Shown here in pieces: positions 1 to 9,409 of a DNA stretch of 64,000 nt (positions are counted from its first letter, which is position 1; the number at the start of each line of letters is the position of its first letter). Source of the stretch: an uncultured bacterium (lineage in GTDB: Bacteria; Desulfobacterota; BSN033; UBA1163); assembly GCA_938045955.1 (NCBI GenBank), contig CALIBK010000105.1:5187-69186 (forward strand), read 5' to 3'. Made by a program: the position numbers and the translations under genes. The notes beneath the pieces were generated by a model. That model was not told the DNA's origin. It ran no database searches and saw nothing but the letters and a program-made list of their open reading frames with translations.

Positions 1-1242
1 AGATTTCCTGGATTCCTTCGAATCCCACTGTCCGAAATTGCAACACAGTCACCGGAAAATGCCCTTGATGAAATGGAGTATGACCTCTCTTTCGGGCAGA
101 AGGGGTTACTGATGGGGGACACCGAAAGTTTACTCTATTTACAGGAGATCTCCCCATTTTTTGGAAATGCTCTTCGACTGGAGCATGCCCGCTGGGGGAA
201 AAGAGAGTTTACAAATTATGAGGGATTGCTTCAATCAGAAGAGGTCTGTAAAATTTTACGGGATCGCTATTCGATTCTTAAGCGAACCGTCTCTCCCACC
301 CGGCTGGAAACCTATGCCTCCTGTCCTTTCCAATATCTTTTAAAGGTAGTGATGGGGATTGAGGCATTGACTGAACCCGAAAGGGAGGCCACCATCAGTT
401 CCCTTGACAGGGGGAAACTGGTTCACCACATTCTTTACACCTTTTTTACAGATCTGAAAAAGGAGAGGGGGGACTCGTTTCGATTAATTCCGGAAGATTT
501 AGAAAGGTTGATGGAGACTGCAGAAAAGAAATTTTTAGAATTTGAAGAGACAGGGATCACAGGGTATCCCATGCTCTGGGAAATGGAAAAAAGAGAGATG
601 AAGGAGCAATTGAGAGACTTCTTCGACGAGGAACTTCAGGAGACCGAGTTCATCCCGACCTATTTTGAAGTTCGATACGGGATGAACGCCCTCGATTTCC
701 AGGAGAGCGAAATTTCTACTGAAACACCGGTTTTTCTCAACGTAAAAGGTGAGACGATTCATTTACGGGGAAGGATTGACCGAATCGATCTTACCAGAGA
801 CGGGAAAAAAGGCCGTGTAAGGGATTACAAAACCGGAAAAGTCTCAGCTAAACCGAACGAATTTCAAGGAGGAAGAACACTCCAATTACCTCTCTATCTT
901 TATGCAGCCAGTCAACTCCTTGATCCCTTTTACAAAGGGATTGAAATCGAAGCTGCGGAATACTATTTTCTCAAAGAAAGAAAACGTATCCCCTTTGAAG
1001 CGTCAAGACTGGAGGAGAAGAAGGAGGAACTTCAAGAGATCCTTCAGACTCTTGCCCATGGCATTGAGAAGGGGATTTTTATTCCCCTCCCGGATAACCA
1101 GAGTTGCAGGTACCAATCCTGTGATTTCAGGAGGATCTGTGGAAGCTGGACGCGGATCCTTTTCGATCGTAAATCGAGGGACCCAAGGGTGAAGAGATTT
1201 TTGGAGGTGATTCAATCGAGGGCCCTGGAGGGTGAGGAATGA
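1..1242 (+). CDS. addB: AddB-like helicase-nuclease subunit, C-terminal part (PD-(D/E)XK nuclease with Fe-S cysteine cluster); partial, continues upstream of window
   Basis: Frame open from nt 1. RecB-family nuclease motifs GRIDRIDL and DYKTGK. Cys pattern CPFQ...CRYQSCDFRRIC typical of the AddB iron-sulfur nuclease domain. Stop overlaps the start of the following helicase gene (ATGA). Confidence 0.6.
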   Translation, partial: RFPGFLRIPLSEIATQSPENALDEMEYDLSFGQKGLLMGDTESLLYLQEISPFFGNALRLEHARWGKREFTNYEGLLQSEEVCKILRDRYSILKRTVSPTRLETYASCPFQYLLKVVMGIEALTEPEREATISSLDRGKLVHHILYTFFTDLKKERGDSFRLIPEDLERLMETAEKKFLEFEETGITGYPMLWEMEKREMKEQLRDFFDEELQETEFIPTYFEVRYGMNALDFQESEISTETPVFLNVKGETIHLRGRIDRIDLTRDGKKGRVRDYKTGKVSAKPNEFQGGRTLQLPLYLYAASQLLDPFYKGIEIEAAEYYFLKERKRIPFEASRLEEKKEELQEILQTLAHGIEKGIFIPLPDNQSCRYQSCDFRRICGSWTRILFDRKSRDPRVKRFLEVIQSRALEGEE

Positions 1243-4200
1243 CCCCTGATGAAAAGCTCATCGATCAGCACCAACGTGATCTTGCCACTGAAGACCTCTC
1301 CCAAAGTTACATCGTTGAGGCAGCGGCTGGAACCGGTAAGACTACCATTCTGATCAAACGCATTCTCAATCTGATCAGGAAAGGAGAGGCAGGACTCGAC
1401 GAGGTGGTTGCCATTACTTTTACGGAGAAAGCCGCTTCGGAATTAAAGATAAGGTTGCGTCAGGAACTTGAAAACGCCCTTTTGAAAGAGACACATCCCG
1501 ATCGAATTCAGCACATTTCGGAAGCCATATCAGACCTGGAACGAATGCAGATAACAACCATCCACTCCTTCTGTAGTTCCTTATTAAGGGAACGGCCGGT
1601 GGAGGCGAATCTCGATCCGAATTTTGAAGTGGCTGATGCCCTGATGGCACGTCTCTTACAGGGAGAGGTCTGGGAGGGCTGGCTTGAAAGGAAAATGGAG
1701 AACGATGACCCGGCACTGCGCCGAGCCTTATCCATGGGAGTTAAAACGGATCAGATTCATGAGATTGCCAGATCTCTTATTGAAAATAGGGAGATATTAG
1801 AATCTCTTTCCGTCCCTCCATCTCTGGGGAACCTGGAGAAAGCCATCCACCGATTTGTTGAGATTTTTCAAGAAAATGTAGCTTCCCTGAACTCCCTGAA
1901 ACAATACTGCAGAAAGAAGGAGGATAAGGCCTTTCTTACGATCGAAGAGTTAAACCTGAAAATGAAAAGGCTTGAGTCGATTTCAGATCGAGAAGAAAGG
2001 GAGAGGTTCCTCTATAAGGAGCTCCCACTCCCGAGCCCGAGCAAGGGGAATAAGTCGAACTGGAAGCCTGAGGATCATCTCACGAAAGTGAGAGAACATT
2101 TTGAGTTGATCCGGGAGAATCTCGAAAAGATCAAAGGAGCGATTGCAGATTCCATTCTCACAGAGATGATAGCCACTCTTCGCAGTTATCTCGATGCCTA
2201 TCAGGAGACTAAAAAGGAACGAAATCTGCTCGACTTCCATGATCTGCTCCTTTTTACCAGACAGATGCTCAAACACCATCCAGGGGTCCGAAGATATTTT
2301 CGCGATCGATACCGATTTCTGTTAGTGGACGAATTTCAAGATACCGATCCCCTTCAGGCCGAGATCATCTTCTTCCTTTCCGAAGAAGAGAGATCAGGGG
2401 CCACCGACTGGAGAACAGTTAAAGTTGCAAATAAGCGTCTCTTTCTGGTAGGCGATCCCAAACAGTCCATTTATCGTTTTCGAAGAGCAGACATCGAGAT
2501 GTATGAAGAGGCAAAAACTCGAATAGGCCAGAAACGACTCCTCACCATCTCTCAGAATTTTCGATGCGTCCCCTCAATCATTCATGTAGTAAATCGAATC
2601 TTTCAAGATCTGATCAAACCCCCTGAGGATGGTCAATACCAGCCTGGATATGTACCCCTTCACTTCGGGAGGAAGAACGAGACCATTCCTCCGGTCCACG
2701 GGATGATACTCCTCTATCCTCCCAAGGAAGAGAAGGTCCTGATCACCACAGTCGAAGAGTGCCGCTACTGGGAATCGCAGTGTATTGCCTCTTTCATTCA
2801 GAGGCTTAGAACTGAAGAGAGATGGGAGGTTTGGGATGAGGAGAACCAATCGTTCAGACCTATCATGTTCAAGGATATTGCGATCCTTATGCGAAACCAT
2901 AACCCTCTTCCTTTTCTGGAAGAGGCTCTGAGGTCTTATGGAGTGGGTTACCGGGTAGCTGGCGGAAGGTCCTTCTATCAGCGTCAGGAAGTCCAGCAGC
3001 TCCTAAACGTTCTTCAAGCCATAGATAACCCGAATGATAAGGTTGCTCTCATCGGAGCACTTCGTTCGCCCTTCTTCGGCATCTCGGATGAAGATCTCTT
3101 CCTCTTCCATGCTCGTGGAGGAGAGTTGAATTATCTGAGGGATGCTCCCCACACCGATCTGGAAGAACCCTTCAAACTTCTAAAAGAGCTTCACGAGATC
3201 CGAAATCGGGTCAGTGTTTCAATCCTTTTGCAGAAACTCTATGAAGCCACACGAGGGCTTGTCCTCTTTTTGATGAAACCTCAAGGTGAACAGAGGGTGA
3301 TGAATCTTCTCAAGATCGGTGAGGTGGCCCGGGCACTCGAAGAGAGGGGACTGATCCATTTTAGGGGGTTTGTGCGCTGGCTTTCTGAAAGACAGGAGGA
3401 GGAGGACGAAGAGGAGGAGCCTACGGCGCTTGAAAGGGGGGATGATTTTGTCCATCTCCTGACCTTCCACAAAGCTAAGGGATTGGAATTTCCAGTTGTT
3501 ATTTTGACTGATCTTGGCCATAAAGGGAGTGACCGCGCGAATCTTATCATTGACCGAAATGGAGGACGGATTGGAATTAAGATAGGGAGCGGAAAACATC
3601 CTCTCCAGACGCTCAATTTTGAAGAATTGAAGAAATGGGAAGAACAGCGAAGGGGGGCGGAGGAGAGGAGACTTCTCTATGTGGCGATGACGCGGGCAAG
3701 GGACTTTCTCGTTCTCCCTGTATTCTGGGTAAAGGATAAAAAAGGAGGGGCGAAGGAGATTCCTTCTGAAAGTTTCCTGGGATACCTTCCGTCTTATCTG
3801 ATAGATCCCGATCATGTTCCGGATGGAGAAATAGAGCAGGATATAATATTTTACGATCCCAATCGCCTCAATCTCACTCCAGAAGAGGAGGGCCCGTTCC
3901 GGTATCCAATCCACTTAGAAAAGCAAAGGGAAGAAGAAAAGGTTCAGTTATCCCTAACCCAGTTTGAGCGATGGAGAGAAGCCCAGAGAGAACTCAAGAG
4001 ACGAGGAGGGGAGGGACGTCCCATTGCGACTGCAATTGAAAAGGTGGAGGAGATTAAGGCGAATGAAGAATCGATCATTCCATTAGTGACGGGAGGCGAG
4101 GGAGCCATCTTTGGAGAGCTCGTTCACCATCTTTTTGAAAAGGTAGATTGGCATGAACCCGTACTTCTCAATGAATTAGCTGAAAATGAAGGAAAAACCC

Positions 4201-4568
4201 TCGGGGCTTCGGGTCCCATGATCAAAAGGGCAGCGGAGATGGTTCGTCGGGCCATTCGTTCTCCCACTCTTCAGCGTATTATTCACTCGGAGAATTATTA
4301 TAAAGAGGTTCCCTTCAGTTATAAAAAGAACGGGATCCTTTATGAGGGGGTAATGGATGTTGTTTTTAAGGAAAAGGATGGCCTGACCGTTCTCGATTTT
4401 AAGACGGATCTCGTCGATCCAGAGAATTTAAATTCAAAGGCTGAATCCTACAGGCCACAGGTAGAAGTCTATTCCGATGCGATTCAGAGCGTCTTTGGTA
4501 TCCCTCCAAAGGGGGTGATATTATTTTTTCTTCACCTCATGGAACCCTTTTTGATGCAACGTCATTAG
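1239..4568 (+). CDS. addA: AddA-like ATP-dependent helicase/nuclease (UvrD/REP superfamily 1 helicase with C-terminal PD-(D/E)XK nuclease)
   Basis: 1109 aa. Walker A AAAGTGKTT near N-terminus, UvrD motifs (LLVDEFQDTD, VGDPKQSIYRFRRAD), C-terminal nuclease block (VMDVVFKEKDG...LDFKTD). Translationally coupled to upstream addB-like gene. Confidence 0.8.
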   Translation: MTPDEKLIDQHQRDLATEDLSQSYIVEAAAGTGKTTILIKRILNLIRKGEAGLDEVVAITFTEKAASELKIRLRQELENALLKETHPDRIQHISEAISDLERMQITTIHSFCSSLLRERPVEANLDPNFEVADALMARLLQGEVWEGWLERKMENDDPALRRALSMGVKTDQIHEIARSLIENREILESLSVPPSLGNLEKAIHRFVEIFQENVASLNSLKQYCRKKEDKAFLTIEELNLKMKRLESISDREERERFLYKELPLPSPSKGNKSNWKPEDHLTKVREHFELIRENLEKIKGAIADSILTEMIATLRSYLDAYQETKKERNLLDFHDLLLFTRQMLKHHPGVRRYFRDRYRFLLVDEFQDTDPLQAEIIFFLSEEERSGATDWRTVKVANKRLFLVGDPKQSIYRFRRADIEMYEEAKTRIGQKRLLTISQNFRCVPSIIHVVNRIFQDLIKPPEDGQYQPGYVPLHFGRKNETIPPVHGMILLYPPKEEKVLITTVEECRYWESQCIASFIQRLRTEERWEVWDEENQSFRPIMFKDIAILMRNHNPLPFLEEALRSYGVGYRVAGGRSFYQRQEVQQLLNVLQAIDNPNDKVALIGALRSPFFGISDEDLFLFHARGGELNYLRDAPHTDLEEPFKLLKELHEIRNRVSVSILLQKLYEATRGLVLFLMKPQGEQRVMNLLKIGEVARALEERGLIHFRGFVRWLSERQEEEDEEEEPTALERGDDFVHLLTFHKAKGLEFPVVILTDLGHKGSDRANLIIDRNGGRIGIKIGSGKHPLQTLNFEELKKWEEQRRGAEERRLLYVAMTRARDFLVLPVFWVKDKKGGAKEIPSESFLGYLPSYLIDPDHVPDGEIEQDIIFYDPNRLNLTPEEEGPFRYPIHLEKQREEEKVQLSLTQFERWREAQRELKRRGGEGRPIATAIEKVEEIKANEESIIPLVTGGEGAIFGELVHHLFEKVDWHEPVLLNELAENEGKTLGASGPMIKRAAEMVRRAIRSPTLQRIIHSENYYKEVPFSYKKNGILYEGVMDVVFKEKDGLTVLDFKTDLVDPENLNSKAESYRPQVEVYSDAIQSVFGIPPKGVILFFLHLMEPFLMQRH

Positions 4569-4750
4569 GCTACCAAGCGAAAGGTATTTCCCCCAATTAA
4601 TCCAAAATCTTTGAATATGAAGATAGAAACCAATTTTATAGAGTTGAAGAAGGGTTGATATTAATTTAAAATTTTGATTAACCAGAAATTCGATTCGGGG
4701 GTTACAAAGCTTCACCTCCGTCATCCAAAGTCAAAGTCAAGGAGGAGGAT

Positions 4751-5254
4751 ATGAGAGGGAGACTCAAATTATTCTGGGTGGTTACCTTTCCTTTTATCCT
4801 ATTTTCCTGTCTTGGGGCAGGCAGGAATATTGTCTCAGAGGAACCTTTTCCGTTCATTCCTTACGATAGAGCATTTGATCTTACTTTGAAAGCTGCAAAC
4901 GAGATGCACGAAGAGTGTAGCAAAATAAATCCGATTAATTTTCCCACCGTAGTGTCTTTAGGGACAAGTAAATCGAGAGGGGTCATCACCATTCAATACA
5001 GGTTTGACCCAGAGGCTGGAAGTGTATGCAGAAAACCACCAGAAACCCTTTCATCTGTTGCAAAACGAGTTTTTGTCCCCCATTTTGGAGCTGAGTTCTT
5101 CATGCATATAAGATTTGTAAAGGAAGGGGAGGTGGCCAAAGGGGTAAAAATTGAAACCACTCAGATGAAAGGGGTCAAGAAAGAGGTCTTCGATAGAGAA
5201 ATGGAAAATCTAAAGGATTCTTATATGGCGTATTTAAAAAGATACTGGAGATAA
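4751..5254 (+). CDS. hypothetical exported protein (N-terminal signal peptide, possible lipoprotein)
   Basis: ATG at 4751 preceded by GGAGGAGG RBS; hydrophobic N-terminus MRGRLKLFWVVTFPFILFSCLGAG; no recognisable family. Confidence 0.45.
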   Translation: MRGRLKLFWVVTFPFILFSCLGAGRNIVSEEPFPFIPYDRAFDLTLKAANEMHEECSKINPINFPTVVSLGTSKSRGVITIQYRFDPEAGSVCRKPPETLSSVAKRVFVPHFGAEFFMHIRFVKEGEVAKGVKIETTQMKGVKKEVFDREMENLKDSYMAYLKRYWR

Positions 5255-5317
5255 TCTGAATCCGGGTGCTTCTGAAAAATTGATAAGGCTTGGTGACTGA
5301 AAGAGCCATGGTGAGTC

Positions 5318-5830
5318 TTAAAGGATCTTTTCCTCATTTAATCGACCTAACTGAATCTTCATTATCCTTTCATAGGGATCGGTATCTACATATTCAAAAC
5401 CAAATTTTTTATAAAGTTTGATGGCAATGAAATTGGAGAGGGGGACGGTCAGCCAGATGGATTCATAACCTAACTGGAAAGATTTCTGCAGGGCCAAACG
5501 CGTGAGTTCCGTTCCAATCCCCAGGTTTCGATGATCCTGATCTACAAAGATCACAAATTCTGCAGTCTTCCTTTTTGGATCAGGGATGAGGACTGCATGC
5601 CCGATCACTTGATCTCCCCTCCAGGCTAAAAGGTTCATTCCTATTTCCAGGAGATTATTCAACCAGCATCGGCAGACTTCGGGATCCTCGGGAGGAAGTC
5701 CTTGAGAGGCAGGTTTCGGAGAGAAGTGAAGATACATTTCGAGAAGAGACTCATAGTCTTCCGTGCAGCAGACCCCAATCGTAAAGGGATGACCTGACTT
5801 ATCGATTTTTTCAATTCGTTCGGGTTTCAT
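5318..5830 (-). CDS. GNAT family N-acetyltransferase
   Basis: 170 aa; acetyl-CoA binding-like segment (HRNLGIGTELTRLAL) typical of GNAT fold. Confidence 0.65.
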   Translation of the reverse strand: MKPERIEKIDKSGHPFTIGVCCTEDYESLLEMYLHFSPKPASQGLPPEDPEVCRCWLNNLLEIGMNLLAWRGDQVIGHAVLIPDPKRKTAEFVIFVDQDHRNLGIGTELTRLALQKSFQLGYESIWLTVPLSNFIAIKLYKKFGFEYVDTDPYERIMKIQLGRLNEEKIL

Positions 5831-5908
5831 TCAAGAGTTGGCCAAAGAGAAAAAGGCCATTTCATCAGTGAACCATTGGATCGCCCCAAACTGGCGGCAA
5901 AGAGTTTC

Positions 5909-7078
5909 TTAAAGGGCTCGGCCTGGAACTCCGATGTGTCTGGCAATGACAATCCGTTGAACTTCCGAGGTTCCTTCCCCAATGTCGAGGAGTTTCTGAT
6001 TCCGATAATGGCGCTCCACTGCGTATTCTTTCATCAATCCATACCCCCCATGGAGTTGAACGGCGTGATTGGCTACCCGGTGGTACATCTCAGAGCAAAA
6101 CATTTTTGCCATCGCTGATTCTTTGGAGAAGGGACGATGATTCTCACAGAGCCAGGTCGCCTTATACAGGATCAATCTCCCCAACTCGATCTCTGTAGCC
6201 ATATCTGCCAGTTTAAAGGCGTTAACCTGAAAAGAACCAATAGGCCTTCCGAACTGTTCCCTTTCTTTCGAATATTTAAGAGCTAATTCAAAGGCCCCCT
6301 GAGCTCCTCCCAGAGCCATGGCCGCAATGCTCAATCTCCCACCATCAAGAGTGGCCAGCATCTGCCGAAATCCATCCCCCCGTCTGCCCAGAAGATTCTC
6401 TTTGGGTACTTTGCAATCCTGGAAGTAAAGTTCTCCTGTGTTTGAGGCACGCCAGACCATTTTCCCGTGCATCGTCTTGGTGATAAAACCTGGGGTTCCG
6501 TTTGGAACCAGGATACAGGAGAGCTCATTTCTCCCGTCTTCTCGTTTTCCGGTTACGGCCTGGACCACACACACCTTACTGATGTCCGTGGTGGAATTGG
6601 TGATAAAGATCTTTGAGCCATTGATCACCCAGTAGTCTCCTTCCAGCACGGCAGTCGTCCGGGACGCCCCTGCATCGGAGCCTGCGTTGGGTTCGGTCAA
6701 TCCAAAGGAGGCCAGGGCCTTGCCCGTACAGAGATCAGGAAGCCACTGCTGTTTCTGTTCCTCGTTGCCATAGTAATAGATAGGGGAGATGCCGAGGGAG
6801 TTTCCTGCAGCAAGGGTTGCGGCCTGAGAGCCATCGATCCTTGCAATCTCCTCCACGGCAATGATATAGCTGAGGTAGCCCACATTGCTTCCACCATATT
6901 CTTCTGAAACGAAGGGACCGAAAAGGCCCAGCTCTCCCATCCGCCGGGTCAGATGGTAAGAGAACTCTTCCTTCTCATCCAGCTCCTGGGCCACCGGAGC
7001 AATCTCCTTCTCGGCAAAATTTCTGACCATTTTCCGTAGCATCTGTTGTTCTTCGGTAAGATCAAAATCGAGTGCCAT
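5909..7078 (-). CDS. acyl-CoA dehydrogenase (short/medium-chain, butyryl-CoA dehydrogenase-like)
   Basis: Start chosen at MALDFDLTEEQ (ATG at 7078) with GGAGG RBS; ACAD N-term, catalytic-base motif IGEGTSEVQ near C-terminus. Confidence 0.85.
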   Translation of the reverse strand: MALDFDLTEEQQMLRKMVRNFAEKEIAPVAQELDEKEEFSYHLTRRMGELGLFGPFVSEEYGGSNVGYLSYIIAVEEIARIDGSQAATLAAGNSLGISPIYYYGNEEQKQQWLPDLCTGKALASFGLTEPNAGSDAGASRTTAVLEGDYWVINGSKIFITNSTTDISKVCVVQAVTGKREDGRNELSCILVPNGTPGFITKTMHGKMVWRASNTGELYFQDCKVPKENLLGRRGDGFRQMLATLDGGRLSIAAMALGGAQGAFELALKYSKEREQFGRPIGSFQVNAFKLADMATEIELGRLILYKATWLCENHRPFSKESAMAKMFCSEMYHRVANHAVQLHGGYGLMKEYAVERHYRNQKLLDIGEGTSEVQRIVIARHIGVPGRAL

Positions 7079-7170
7079 AACTAACCTCCAAAAGGGATCG
7101 AGGGGACAAGGATTCAAGGAGTTAGGCTAAACCTTTTCCTCGAACCCTTGAACCCTGAGATCCTTGAATC

Positions 7171-7647
7171 CTATTTAATAGGTCTAAAATATTTGATATC
7201 TAAGATACTTCCCTCTCGTTCCTTTTTATCTTTGAAGACGGCTTCCACAGGCATGCCAAAATAGACATCTTTGAATTCCACCTCTCCGAGCCAGTGGACA
7301 AATCCCCCCTCCGTTCCATCAATTCGAATGACCGCCACAATGGAAGGAACTTCTTTCCTCACTCCATCATAGGTTTCGTAGCATTGGGTGAAGGTATGAA
7401 CCTTTCCTTTTGTCCCGACTTCGAGATAGTTTTCCTCCAGTCTTTCAAAACATTTTTCGCAATAGATTCGGGGAGGAACATAGATGAGGTTACACTGGTT
7501 GCATTTTGCTCCAAAAATCTTCCCGTTAATCATTTCACGAAAGAATTTTTCACCGGCTCTTCCAACCGTATAGATGTAACTCATCGGAATTTGCCCTTCC
7601 CAGTAAGTGACATCCGTCACCTTTTGAAATCTTTCGATCAATGCCAT
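7171..7647 (-). CDS. DUF35 family protein (Zn-ribbon + OB-fold), thiolase-associated
   Basis: 158 aa, CxxC...CxxC (CNQCNLIYVPPRIYCEKC) followed by OB-fold-like segment; GGAGGTG RBS; immediately downstream of SCP-x-type thiolase. Confidence 0.7.
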   Translation of the reverse strand: MALIERFQKVTDVTYWEGQIPMSYIYTVGRAGEKFFREMINGKIFGAKCNQCNLIYVPPRIYCEKCFERLEENYLEVGTKGKVHTFTQCYETYDGVRKEVPSIVAVIRIDGTEGGFVHWLGEVEFKDVYFGMPVEAVFKDKKEREGSILDIKYFRPIK

Positions 7648-7687
7648 ATTCTCACCTCCGTTCGTTAAATTTGAGAAAGGGTATAGA

Positions 7688-8218
7688 TTATTCGACCGGT
7701 TTAAAATATTTGATATCTGTAATCGCTCCGATTCTCTCCTCTGGTGGTTTCCAGACAGCCTTGACTCTCATCCCTCGATAGATCTTCCACGGATCTACCT
7801 CGTTAAGGAGATGAAGGATTCCCATTCCCTTGGTAGCACCATCAATTTCAATCACTGCTGGGGTGAAGGGTCTTACGCCTCCTTTGATATCAAGGCGTCC
7901 AGCTTTCCAATCCACATAACTGATGACCCAGGTATTCACGATCCCGGTATCCTTCACATAAACCCACTCCCCGGTTGGAACCCAGCAGAGTTCACAGAAC
8001 ATCCTTGGAGGAATCAAGATGCGATGACATTTATTACATTTTTTAGCAATAATCCTTCCGTTTTTTAATTCTGCCAGATAGCGTCCCAGTGCTGGTCCAT
8101 TATCCCAGGCATACTTTAAATTGGGTGTCCACTTGACAGAGAGAACTTTTCCTTTCTGTATATCTTCAGCGCTTAATTTTGTTGCGGTTTTAGCTACCAT
8201 TTTATCGGTAATTTCCAT
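7688..8218 (-). CDS. DUF35 family protein (Zn-ribbon + OB-fold), second paralog
   Basis: 176 aa, CNKCHRILIPPRMFCELC zinc ribbon; RBS GGGGAGGTG; adjacent to thiolase. Confidence 0.7.
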   Translation of the reverse strand: MEITDKMVAKTATKLSAEDIQKGKVLSVKWTPNLKYAWDNGPALGRYLAELKNGRIIAKKCNKCHRILIPPRMFCELCWVPTGEWVYVKDTGIVNTWVISYVDWKAGRLDIKGGVRPFTPAVIEIDGATKGMGILHLLNEVDPWKIYRGMRVKAVWKPPEERIGAITDIKYFKPVE

Positions 8219-8233
8219 AATTTCACCTCCCCT

Positions 8234-9391
8234 TTAGCTTCTCATTACAACCACCGTCCCCACCTGCATCAGGTCACCCCATGCCTGGGCCAAACCACAG
8301 GTGGGTTTTCCAGGGACCTGTCTTTTACCCGCCTCCCCGCGGAGCTGTAAAAAGATTTCGATAATCTTCATCAATCCCGTTGCTGATATGGGGTTACCTA
8401 CCCCCAGAGCCCCCCCAGAAGGGCAGGTTGGAAGGTTTCCATCTCTGTTGAAATATCCATCTTTCAACATTTCCACAGATTTTCCTCTCGGCGCCAGGAG
8501 AAGACCTTCGATGTGATGAAGTTCCTTGTAGGTGAAGGGATCATAAGGCTCGGCCACATGGATCTCCTTGGAAGGCTCTTTGATCCCTGCCATCTTGTAG
8601 GCCATCCTTGCAGCGACCTCCACATAGTCGGGATAATAGAGATCTCTTGTACACCAGTAGGCTGTATCAAGACACCAGCCTACTCCATCAATCCAGATGG
8701 GTTTTTCAGTCACTCTTCTTGCCACATGCTCTGCAGCCAGAACAATCGCTGCGGCCCCATCACTCGTTGGGCTAATATCGAGGCGATTCACAGGCCATGC
8801 CATGATTTCGGAATTGAGAACGTCCTGGACGGTAATCTCAGCACCCAGTTGGGCTGAAGGGTGATCCAGGGCATTCCTTTTATTTTTGACTGCGACCAAC
8901 GCAATATCCTCTTTTTTATAACCCCATGTGGTCATAAAACGATTCATTTCAATCGCAAAAATCCAGATCAGAGTAGGGTAAAGAGGTTGTTCGGTGGTGT
9001 GATCAAAGATCGTCAAAAAGGCTCCGGCAGGATGTGGATAGGCGGATGACATTTTCTCTTCAGCCACCACTAAACAGGTATCAAACATTCCCGAGGCTAC
9101 ATGGAACCAACCATGGATCGGAGAGAGGACACCTGTCCCTCCTCCCACAAAGTGTCTCATATAAGGTTTTCGATAGGCACCCGCACCATCTGCAAGATAC
9201 TCTCCTTTCATATGCACTCCATCAAAGGCATCGGGTGCTGTACCCATCACTACACAATCAATATCTGAGAGTTTCATTTCACAGGAATCAAGGGCCATCC
9301 TGGCAGCTTCGTAAGCCAATTCTTTAGGCGTTTCCTGAGCATTACGATAAAATTTAGTCAATCCAGCTCCGACGATTGCTACTCTTCTCAT
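8234..9391 (-). CDS. thiolase-like protein, SCP-x / nonspecific lipid-transfer-protein-type (DUF35-partnered)
   Basis: 385 aa, N-term MRRVAIVGAGLTKF, thiolase fold with C-terminal GGALGVGNPISATG; strong RBS. Confidence 0.8.
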   Translation of the reverse strand: MRRVAIVGAGLTKFYRNAQETPKELAYEAARMALDSCEMKLSDIDCVVMGTAPDAFDGVHMKGEYLADGAGAYRKPYMRHFVGGGTGVLSPIHGWFHVASGMFDTCLVVAEEKMSSAYPHPAGAFLTIFDHTTEQPLYPTLIWIFAIEMNRFMTTWGYKKEDIALVAVKNKRNALDHPSAQLGAEITVQDVLNSEIMAWPVNRLDISPTSDGAAAIVLAAEHVARRVTEKPIWIDGVGWCLDTAYWCTRDLYYPDYVEVAARMAYKMAGIKEPSKEIHVAEPYDPFTYKELHHIEGLLLAPRGKSVEMLKDGYFNRDGNLPTCPSGGALGVGNPISATGLMKIIEIFLQLRGEAGKRQVPGKPTCGLAQAWGDLMQVGTVVVMRS

Positions 9392-9409
9392 TTTCTCTCA
9401 CCTCCTTCT

